Both the position numbers and the translations under genes were made by a program. Below, piece by piece: positions 1 to 12,000 of a stretch of DNA of 64,000 nt (the stretch's first letter is position 1; the number at the start of each line of letters is the position of its first letter). The notes beneath the pieces are model-generated. The model saw nothing but the letters and a program-made list of their open reading frames with translations. It was not told where the DNA came from and made no database searches. The stretch spans positions 17,112,001-17,176,000 of the forward strand of contig NC_086116.1 of NCBI RefSeq assembly GCF_963921235.1, read 5' to 3'. This DNA comes from Mobula hypostoma (taxonomy: Eukaryota).

Positions 1-95
1 ACTGGAAATAGGTTTCAACAAAAACCAGGAAAAGGATAATCTCTTAGATCTGATCAACAACATCCGACAAAGGGAGCCTGGGCCAAGTCAAATAG
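1..95 (+). CDS. VWF: VWF exon 30-equivalent (partial), A3 domain
   Basis: [32 protein letters not shown]; donor G|gtagc at 96. Confidence 0.93.
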
Positions 96-3000
96 GTAGC
101 GTCTCCAGTATCAAAATCATCTGTGCCTGAATTGGTCACAAATATTATTTTTGTGTTTAATATGTCTTCAGATAAGTGCTCTCAAATGAGAAAGCACATC
201 CCAATAATATCTTTGTGATGTTCCGTAGGAAATGCACTCTCCTTTGCTGTTCAATATGGCATCACTGAGGCAAATGGAGCAAGAGCTGGGGTTCCAAAGG
301 TTGCTGTGGTATTAGTTACTGATACCTCCATGGATAATGTTGAATTGGCATCACAGGAAGCAATCATAACAGGTATGCCACTAGAATATATTGTACTGAA
401 ACTAAAATGATCTTCAGACATGGAGCACTGAGGAATGCTGCCTCTCAGTTAAATTGATGCCCCTGCTGTCCTCCAGTGGATGTATCTGATCCTTTGGCAA
501 TCTACTGTGAAGAGTAAGTTCTAATGTTCTTGCTGATATTTATTCCTCAAAAAATCTCACTCAAACAGTTTATGTAGCCACCATTATGTGGCTTATTTGT
601 CGGATGTGTTTCATGCATAATTGATCCTACATTTTCGATCCCTCTACTTGGGCTTAGGCCACTAACAGCAGCTCAGCAGGGTCATCTGTCCTTGGCCAGT
701 CTTCCAAATTGTTCCTGGGAGTAGCCCATCTTGTTGGTGTATCATTCCTCTCCCGGCCATGAAGTATTTGGAGCTTCTGTTATCGTTTCTATAGCACTAG
801 GTTTCAAATGGATGGGGTTGCCAGACCCATACACATTTGCATCCATGTTTGGGCCTGTCCTTGGTGGAGTTAAACAGTTACTACACTTCAGCATTACTTT
901 GTTAGCTGGAAAGCTTTTTGTGCATCTCTGAGATCGTGGCCTGAGCAGGAACTAAGTGGGAGGGGGAATAATGGCATTGGTCCACTGGGCGCTGGCATAG
1001 ACCTGATTGTTCTGTATAAGTAAAATGAATAATTGCACAACCACCTTCTTTGTTAAGTTCACTTGTAAACTCTCTGCAGCATTAGTGTCAGTAATATTTG
1101 ATCTAATAAAATCTCTGCTTATATTTTAGCATAATCAGAAGACATGCATAAAATTGTTCTCATGCACCAGACTGTGTTTTTTCTTACTCTGTTAGTTGAT
1201 CAGACACAAATTCTATCAGAATCTGGAATAATGCCATTTACTTGATTACTTCTTTAAAGAAATAACGTAACAGTAATAAGGAATATTACAAGAAGTTTTC
1301 ATTAAATAATCATCAGAATGATGTGACAAACTTAATGTAAGAAGCCAATAAACTAGATTATGATTTGTGCTGTTCCCATTATTTTTATCTTAGATACTTC
1401 CACTTTTTGCTTCTTTGAAAAATCCCAGTCTTGAAAGATACAATATTAAACTAACTTTCTCTACTGTAGGTGTTACAGTGATCCCAATAGGAATGGGGAA
1501 AAGATATGATAAGCAACAACTTTTAACATTGGCTGGGCCCAACCCTAAAAATGTGATTCAGCTGCAGAATATGGACACCTTGCCCATGATGGTGGAACTT
1601 AGTAATGAATTTGTAGAAAAAGTCTGCACAGGTGAGTCTCAAAATGAATCTTGAATTCACATGTATAAATGTAGGGCCGGAAAAGTAAAGGATAAGCATG
1701 ATTTGAATTATGATTCATTGCGGCAAAACCCACAGGGTTTATTACCTTTTTTTTTCTTTCACAGCAACTTCTCCTCAGGAATGCATAGATGACCAAGGAA
1801 ATCGGCGACAGGTAGATGTTTCAACGCTCGTCCCTATCTCCAAGCTAACTCACATTTTCTCTGCAGTATGAGCACTAGAGGCAGTGAACTTTCAGAGAAT
1901 TGCTCCCACCTTGTCAAGATAATTTGGACAGAAGTGCAGTAGCAACTTCACATATACGTGTTACATGGCTTCCGTCTCCATTTTCCAGTGAACAGAAGCA
2001 AAGAAAATCACTGCCCCACCAAGAAGAAGTGTATGGGATTTTCACTTTAGCTTTTTGGATTGCACTCTAAAAGTGAATAAACTCTTCTTGGGCTTCCAAC
2101 TGGTTACAGGTATCAATTATAACCGATCTTTTGATGACGAGCTCTGCCATCTTCATCAAGATCGAAACGCCGGTTAAAATTGATACTTGTATTCAGCTGG
2201 AAGCCCGAGAAGAGCTTATTTGTCATATATGCTGGGAAAGTACTAGGTCCTTTTTGCAGTCTAAAAATTCCCAAGATTTTCCCTCGCTTATTAACAGTCA
2301 TTCAACACATTTTCAATTAATAGCTTGCACCGTCGGTTCACCTAAGCTTATGACCCCTAGTTCATCTTCAGGAGTTTGAAGTATTCTCAACTCCATGATT
2401 AAAATTCATTTTATACATTGAACAATATTTTTACATCAGTCGTTAATGCACAAGTGATTTACAATACAATATGCACACAGAATCTGCAACTAAGACTTTA
2501 TTTAATTGATCCTGTTTTCTAAAATTTTAGCAGTTTTAAGCCATCCTCATTAATCAGTTATAAGGTTTTAAGCAAATCTCAGTTTTTGTGATAACTGAAA
2601 TTAATTCTGATTCCATTGCAATGTTTCCAGGCTGGGGAGAAGTGGATGTTACCTGACAAATGTCACAGCTTTATATGCAAAATGAATGGAGAAGTTGTTT
2701 CTATAAATCATAAAGTAAGTTGTGAGAATCTGCATAAACCGACCTGCAGTAACCATCTGCCCAGCATCAAAATTGAGGAAACGTGTGGCTGTAGATGGCT
2801 ATGCCCCTGTAAGTATGAAGCAATACAACAGTGATTCTATGTTATCTAAAGACAGAACAATGATCCCAGTTAAAGAGTGTTTTGTTTCATTGACTAACAG
2901 TGCTTGTAGAATCATGGTGTCCTTCAGCAAAGACACACGCCCCTCCATCCACCATATCTAAACAAACCATTCTGTACAATGATATAGTAGAGGACTTTTC

Positions 3001-6000
3001 TTCAAGTATTGTCAAGAAGGGTATTTACTTTTGGTTGAATCTACAACTGTTTCTTTTCCATTTCTTTCCTTTGTGTTCTTTGTATGCTGATCTTTAGATT
3101 CAAAATTTTGGAACTGAGTCCTTATTTAGTAAATCCAATTTTCTGTGACATGTCCCAGAAAATTCAACAGTCAGGAGACCTGTGATGAATTCTGAACATG
3201 AGGTCCTATATTCCCATTTATAAATGATTATTAAAACAATTTCTGAGTGAGCTGACAGACCTAGAGGTATATAGGGCTAAATCTTCACCTTTACCACATG
3301 GCCATAAACTGTGGTGTTTAAGACCAGTGATTTTAATACTCTACAAGAAGTCCAAGTACAACTCTCCAAAGGCTATCTTAAAAGTGAGAAAGCAATTCCA
3401 AGTGATGTTACAGAGAAAACTGGATGTACACCAACTACGGTATGGTTTGCAGGCCAATACTTTTTACAAGGGAAAACCGAATATCATAAATGTAACACTT
3501 AAAATGCTGGAGGAGCTCAGCAGGTCAGGCAGCATCTCTGGAAATTAATAAACAGTTGATGTTTCCAGCTGAGACCATACTTCAGGACTGGAAAGGAAGG
3601 GGGAAGATGCAAAAATAAAAAAGGCTGGGAAGGAGAAGGAGGCTAGCTAGAAGGCGATAGGTGAAGCCAGGTGGGTGGGAAAGGTAAAGGGCTGGAGGAT
3701 AGGAAAGGAGAGTGGACCATGGGAGAAAGGGAAGAAGGAGGGGCACCAGGGGTGGGGAGTCATGGGATGGTGATAGGCAGATGAGGAGAAGAAGTAAGAG
3801 GCCAGAGGCCAGAGGCCAGAGTAGAAGAAAATGGAAATGGGAAGAAAAATATATTGGAAAGAGAAATCAGTATTCGTGCCATCTGGTTGGAGGCTACCCA
3901 GATGGTGTGTGAGGTGTATCACCTCCACTCTCAGAGTGTCTTCATCATGGCAGAAGTGGGTTTGAATTCAACTTCTAAGAGAAATTTGGTTAAATACTGT
4001 ACATAGATGGGAAGAGTGTGGAGGGCTATGGTCCAGGTGCAGGTCAATGGAACTAGGCAGAGTTCAGCACAGACTAGATGGCTGAATGGCCTATTTCTGG
4101 GCAATGACTATGACTCTAAAACACAGCAGTTCTTATCGAGGAACTAGCAGTTTCAAGTTCCTGGGTATTAATATCTCTGAAGAAATATCCTGGGCCCAAC
4201 ATATTGATGCAATTATGAAGAATGTGCACCAGCAGCTATATTTCACAAGGAGTTAGGGGAGATTTGGCAGGTCTCCAAAGACTCTTGTGAACTTCTATAG
4301 ATGCACAATGGAGAACATGCTAATTGGTTCCGTTACTGTCTGACATGGAAGCACCAATGCACAAGTTTGGAATAAATTCCAGAGGGTTGTAAACTCAGGC
4401 CATGAGCCTCCTAGGCATCGAGGACATCTTCAAATGACAAAGCTTTATGAAGGCAGCATCCTTCAGGCAGAACCCTCACCATCCAGAATGTTCCCTCTTT
4501 TCATTATACTAACAATGAGAAGGTACGTAAGCCTGAAAATGCACAGTTGTTTTAGGAACAACATCATCTCTTCTGCCACCAGGTATCTGAACCAGTCCAT
4601 AAACCTATCTCACTATCTTGCTCTCTTCTTGGCACTATGTGTTTTTTTTTACATATTCTTACTGTAATTTATAGTCATTCTATGTACTGCATTGTACTGC
4701 TGCCTCAAAGCAACACATTTCATAATGATCTACCTCAGTGATAATAACCCAATTCTGATTCTGACTGAGGGTAAGGTTGTTATCGTGACATCACATAAGA
4801 GTGTAAATTGGCTCCTTGATGAAAAAGGACGTAACAGTAGAGCTTAGTGAGAATATTTCAGGAGGACGTACAGTGAGGCCATTTGGGTAGAAACCTAGAA
4901 AGAAGAAGTGGGTGGACACTCTGATGGGATTCTATTATTGGCCTCCCAATAGTCAGCAGAAATTGGAGGAGCAAAATTGTAAAAGATTGGAGCTAGATGA
5001 AACATAATAGGATCGCATTAGTGGGAGATTTTAACTCTCCTGATATTGACCTGCAGTAAGGCTCAGACAGTAATATTTGTGAAATGTGTTCAAGAAAGCT
5101 TCCTTAGTCAATATATAGAGGGAAATACTAAAGAGAGTGCATTATTGGACCTCCTTCTGGAAAATAATGTGGGGCAAGTGGCAGAAATATCTGTCAGCAA
5201 GTACTCTGAATTCAGTGATGATAATTCTATCCATTTTAACATAGTTATGGAGAGGGCTATGACATGTTCACAGGGTAATAGCCTGAACAGGAGCAGAGGA
5301 ACCTTGCAGTGGTTGATTGGGTGGGATTGTTTGCTGGAAAGGAGCATCTGCTAAGGGGAACACCTTTAAAAGTATGATAGTTCAGGGCCTGCAGTGAAGG
5401 GCAAGACAGGCTGCTTTCAGGAAACCTGGCTGTAGAGAAATATTGAGGCTGTGATTCAGAAAAAGAGGGATGTATATACTGCAAATAAGCAATTGGGAAC
5501 TAGTGAATCTCTTGATAGTGAAGAAAGTGTAGGAGAGAAGTTGGGAGGGTAAAAGAATCTTATGAGAAGGATCTGGCAGGCAAGGTGAGGCAAAATCCCA
5601 AGAGATTCTATATGTATATTAAGATTAAAAGGTATAGCTGTCTGTGTTTGTAGCCGAAGGAAATAGGTGAGATTTTTAATAAATATTTCTCTTCAGTTTT
5701 TACTGTGGAGAAAACAATGGAAGCTAGGGAAATAAGGGAAATATTTATGTTGTCTTAGACCACAAACAAATAAGCAGGGTGGAGGTACTGAAGGATTTAA
5801 AGTGTGTTGGGTTGCATAAATCCCTAGGGCCTGATGGTGCATTCTCAGACCTTGTGGGAAACTAGAGAAGAAATTGTAGAGGCCTTTTCAGAGACTTTGT
5901 CTTCACCTCTGGCCACAGTGAGGCTCTGGGGGACTGGAGAGGGGCTAATATAGGACATTTGTTTTAAAAAAAAGGATACACAGAGAAGCCAGGAAACTAC

Positions 6001-9000
6001 AGGCTAGTGAGCCAGATATTGGTGGTGGGTAGTTTGCTGGAGAGGATTCTGAGGGACAAGATCTACCAACATTTTAAGTCACAGGGTCTGATTCAAGACA
6101 GTTAACATGGTTTTGTGAGTGGAAAGTCATGCCTGACAAATCTTTTGGAGATTAGATTAAAGGGGCATCTGGATGAGCACTCGAGTCACCAAGGCATAGT
6201 CGGTTACAGACCAATTGCTGTTAGGGATTGGTATTTGATGTCTGTCATACATGGTGAGTTTGAATATCACAAAATGAGTCCTTTGCCTGGCAGCAAAATA
6301 AAACAGTGATTGCATGTCAAAAATAATTCATGATTCAGAAAAAAATGGCTTAAAATATATATGTAAAATTGGGTGTCTCAATCAAGAAATATACACTAAG
6401 TGGCTACAGGAGGTACCTAATAAAGTGGCTACTGAGTGTATGTTCTGTGTTCTTCTGCTATTGTAGCCCGTTCACTTAAATGTTCAACGTGTTGTGCATT
6501 CAGAGGCGCGCCTCTGCACACCACTGTTATTATACATGGTTATTTGAGTTACTGTTGCCTTCCTGCCAGCCAGTGTTTTGTTTATCACACCATTTTCTGT
6601 AAAGTCTAGAGACAGTTATGCATGAAAACCCCAGAAGATCATTAGTTTCAGAGATACTCAGTCCAGCCCATCTGGCACCAGTAGTCATTCCACAATCAAA
6701 GTTACTTAGATCTTATTTCTTCACCATTCTAATACTTGGTCTGAACAACAACTGAGCCTTTTGACCATGTCTACATGCTTTTATGCATTGAGTTTCTGCC
6801 TCATGATTGGCAGATTAGATATTTGCATTAATGAGCAAGTGTACAGGTTAACTACCTAATAAAATAGCCACTGAGTGTTTTTGTGTAACTGAGTGTTCTG
6901 TGTAATTCATTTATTGTAGATCATGAACACCCAATCTTCTGACTCTGAGTTAGACTGGTGCCACATGCCTTAACATAATAACATATTGGCATTGATATTT
7001 AGCCATAGTGCAAAATTTTCCAATAAGCTTGACTGTTGTTCTGCTTGAGTGCTGTTGAGTCATTGTTAACTCATGGCAACCCTATGAATAGTATAGTTGC
7101 TTAGGGTCTTTGTGGATTTCCAGGTCTTTCTTCCATGCAGAAACTGTTGCTGCCCAGGTTGGGACCCAGCTGGATTCGAACACAGGACCATCTGCCTCAA
7201 AATCCTGTGCTGATGTCACTACATCACTACCGGCCGGCCTACCAATAAAGTTTATCATAATTTCATTATATTAAATTATGAAAGGATTTCAAAGGTCAAA
7301 CATAGAAATTGTTCCATTTCAGGGGAAGTCCAATCCAAATTTATAAGTTCATCACAACTTGTCAAATGTTGGTATTTCCACCACGATGAGATTAATAGAA
7401 TTGATATTGTTCTGGAGAAGCTGGATGAACACACAAATGGGAATAAAAAGGATATGTTGTTAAAATGAGATAAGAGAAACTTAAAATGAAGCATAAACAA
7501 TTGTTCTCACAGTGCTAAAAATATTATGCCAAACAAATTAGACTTTGTTTTCTTATTCTGTTAACAGGTGTTTGCACAGTAACGGCACAGACGGAGATTA
7601 CTAGTTTTGATGGGGTCGAGTTCTCATTAACTGGAAGGTGCTCATATGTATTGCTACAAATTGAAGATCAAGATACAAAAATAATTATGCATAAGGGTCC
7701 GTGCCACATGGTTTCCAGAGGAAATTGCATCAAGGCAATTGAAATCAGGCAGTATGGGAGTTCAGTTTTGTTGCATGAAAATATGACAGTAAGTCTGAAC
7801 ATGTTGATTTTGATTGAGTTTCTGTTTTCAATAGATGAGGATGCCACTGTTATTTTTTTTCGACATACAACCGTTTTACAGATTGAGTAATGTGGTATGG
7901 GACTGTATAAACGTTCCAGAGTTTGTAGTCTGAGCAAAGCATTTTGCTGTTGACTTCAAAGGAGATTGTCCACAAAGAGTTAGCCATTCCTGAGGGAAGA
8001 ACTTTCCTTTCCTCCATGCCAGCTGCTGGTCAGGCTGACCTTGAAATATTGGTTGTTGCCTGTCGTATCCGACAATGACAGGCACAAAGAAACCTGTGTG
8101 GGAGTGTTTTTAAAGTGGTAAAGCCATTGCACTGTGGCAGTCCCACTCTCGACCTTGGAAGTTCAGGTTGCCAGTTGCTTCACTCTTGCGAAGTGTTGAA
8201 GGACTGCCTTCCTGGCCACTGGATCTCACTGTTAATCTCATCTACCAATTCCACCAGAGATTACTTCGTATGCTAGGGCAGGGATGCCCTTATCTCATCA
8301 GGATATGAAGCCTACTAGCTACCCTCATCTGGTTTATCCCACCTGTTAAAGCAGTGTACCAGGATGTGGATGCTATCACACATGCAGAAGGCTACTTGGA
8401 GTTATGTGTCTGGTAGGGTCCAAAGATGAGTGGGCTGCCCAAGAATGGACACAACAAACCCCCTCACCAAGGTGCCAGCCCTTTGTGGACCTCAGCTGGA
8501 AATAGTAACCACAATTGCATTTTAAAATGTTGAGCAGAGTTCTACATAAAAGTTTGAAAGTGCTCATTTGATTAAGGTAAAATCTCTACTAATTATAGCC
8601 ACATTAGGTTTAGAAACATCATGTGAAATAGAGACATGCAACATAGAAACAGACCTAGTGGTGCACCATGTCCACATCAACCATCAACCAGTCACTTACA
8701 CCTATGCTACTTTAGTCCTATTTTCTAGTCTCTATGATCTCTCCTCGCCTCCCTCCTCAAAATACTGGCACTCACACTAGCAGTGATTTATCTGTAAGCC
8801 AATTAGTCTACCAGCCTATGCAACTGTGGGGTGTGGAAAGAAACTGGAGTAGCCATAGGAAACACATGAACACTGGAGGTCAGGATTGAACCTGCATCAG
8901 TGAAGGTGTCAAACACTGCTCTAGTAGCTCTGCCACTGTGCATCATGATAGGCTAATGAGATTTTTATTGTGGTATGTAGTTTTCTTTAAGTCACCTGGA

Positions 9001-12000
9001 CTTCCATCTGAACAAGTGTATTTTGTAGCTGGACTAGGCCATAAAACTATAAGAAATAGGAGCAGAATTCGGCTCTTCAGCCCAACAATCTGCTCTGCTA
9101 TTCTATCATGGCTGATTTATATTATTATATAATTATAAGTCATGGCTGATTTACTATCTCCCTCAACCTGATTCTCCTGCCTTCTCCCTGAATCCTCGTC
9201 CACCCTTACGAATCAAGAACCTATCAATCTATGCTTTAAATATACGTAATGGTTTGGCCTCCACAGCCGTCCATGGCAGTGAATTCCACAGACTCACCAG
9301 GCTCAGACTAAAGACATTCCTCCTCACCTCAGCTCTAAAGTGACGTCCTTGCATTCTGAACATGGGCCGCCTGGTCCTACACTCCCCCACTATAGGAAAC
9401 ACCCTCTACATGTCCACTCTATCCGGACCTTTCACTATGCGGTAGATTCAATGAGATCTTCCCTCATTCTTATAATCCCCGGTGAGTACAGGCCTGGAGC
9501 CATCAAACGGTGCTCATAAGTTAACCCTTTCATTCCTGGAGTCATTCTAGTGAGCCTTCTCTGGACCATCTCCAATGTCATCTCATCTATTCTTAGTTAA
9601 GGGGCCCAAACCCATTCACCATATTCCAAGTGCGGTCTGACTAATCAATGCCTTTTAAAGCCTCGACATTCTATCCTTGCTTTTATATACTAGCCCTCTT
9701 GAAATGAATGTTAACAATGCATTTGCCTTCTGTACTACCAACACAACTTGCAAGTTCACCTTAAGGGAATCCTGCACTAGGACTCCCAAGTCCCTGGGCA
9801 TGTCTGACTTTTGAATTTGTTCTTAACTTAGAAATGATCTACAGCTTTGTTCCTTCTATCAAGGTGTATGATCATACACTTCTCTACATTGCGTTCCACC
9901 TGGCAATGTTTTTCCCTTTCACCTAATCTGTCCAAATCTTTCTCTAGACTCCCTGCTTCCTCGACATGACCAGCCCCTCCACCTATCTTCATATCATCCA
10001 CAAACCTGGCCACAAAGCCATCAATTCTATCATCCAGAACATTGACATATAACATTAAAAGAAGCCATCCTAACACCAACCCCTTTAGAACACCTCTAAT
10101 GGGCAGGATCAATATTTTTTTCTTTTATCCAATTCATAAGCTAAAAATTGCAAATTGAGTATCATGCTCTTTGTTTGACATGGAAAAGAGGCTTTTTAAA
10201 TTGTATCGCTTAGATGTATCACGAGCTTTAATTAATTCTCCATTCCTTTCCACTAGGTTACAATCAATGGAAAACCTGCCTATCCTCCATTAACTATTGG
10301 AAATATGGATATTACTGACCATGGGTCCAGTAATTTTGTAGCAAATATTCCTAGTCTGGGATTAGTTCTAATCTTCAGTCCGCTGAGCAACCTTTTCGGG
10401 CTTTGGGTTTCTCCTACATTGTTCTTTGCTCGAGTATCTGGACTTTGTGGTGAGTACTATAATTTGTGGGATAGACAGCTTTTGTTGAGATTTAGAATCA
10501 GAATCAGGGTTAATATCACTGGCATATGTTGTGAAATTTGTTTTGCTGCTGCAGTACATTGCAATACATAATAAAAAAAAGCTATCAAAAAGTGGTGCAA
10601 AAGGAGTGGAAAAACATAGTAAGGTAGTGCTCATGGGTTCATTGTCCATTCAGAAATCTGATGGTGGAGGGTTAGAAGCTGTTCCTGAAACTTTGAATGT
10701 GTGTCTTCAGGATCCTGTACTTCCTCCTTGATGGTAGCAATGGGAGGAGGGCACGTTGTGGGTGATGGATGTCACTTTTTTGAAGCATCTCCTTTTGAAG
10801 GTGTCCTTGCTGCTGGGGTAGCCACTGCCCATGATGGAGTTGGCTGAATTTACAACTTCCTGCAATTTTTTTCCGAATCTCAGCGGTGCCCCCTCCATAC
10901 TAGATGGTGATGCAACCAGTAAGAATGATCTCCACAGTACATCTGTAGAAATTTGTGTCTTTGGTGACAATCAACTCTTCTGAAATTCCGAATTAAATAT
11001 AGTCATTGTTGTGCCTTCGTTGTAATTGCATCAATATGTTGGACCCAAGATAGATTTTCACAGATGTTGACTCTCAGGAATCTGCAACTGCTCACCCTTG
11101 CCACTGCTTATCCCCCAATGAGGACTTTCCCTTCCTGAAGTCCACAATCAGTTCTTTGGTCTTACTGATGCTGAGTACAAGGTTGTTGTTGTTGTGACAC
11201 CACTCAACCAGCTGATCTATCTCACTCCTGTATGCCTCATCAACACCCTCTGAGATTCTACCAACAATAGTTGTGTCTTTGGTAAATTTATAGATGCTGT
11301 GTGACCTGTGACTAAGCACACGGTCATGGGTGTAGAGAGAATAGAGCAGTGGGTTAAGCATGCATTCTTGAGGTGCACCAGTGTTGAATGTCCATGAGGA
11401 GAAGACGTCATTTCTGATCTGCTCTGACTGTGGTCTCATGGTCAGGAAGTCAAGGATTCAGGAGCATAAGGAGGTCCAGAGGCTCAGGTTTTGGAGCTTG
11501 TTGATTAGAACTGAGGGTATGAAGGTGTTGAATGCTGAGCTGTAATCAGTAAACAGCAGGCTGACGTAGGTATTGCTATTGTCCAGGTGATTCAAAGCTG
11601 AGTGGAGAACCGGTGAGATTGCATCGCTGTAGACCATTGTGGCAATAGGTAAAGTGCAGCAAGCCTAGGGTCTTGCTTAGGCAGGAGTTTGTTCTAGCCA
11701 TGACCAAACTCTCAAAGCACTTCACCGCAGAAGATGTGAGTGCAACTGGGTGTTGTCATTGAGGTAGCTCACCCTGCTTTTCTTGAGAACTGGTAGGATT
11801 ATCACCCTTTTGAAGCAGGTGGATTGTTGCAGTTATTGTTAACCAATGATCAGAATTTTAAACAAGAACCTTTGCAGAGAGCTCCAAAGTTTTAAAATGT
11901 CTGCTCAGTGCATAGGGTTTCTGGTTGGCGTGCGATGTAAGTCTATTCAGGTGTGTTAGACATATCTGTTGTAAGCACTTATGAGACCAATTAGGAACGG

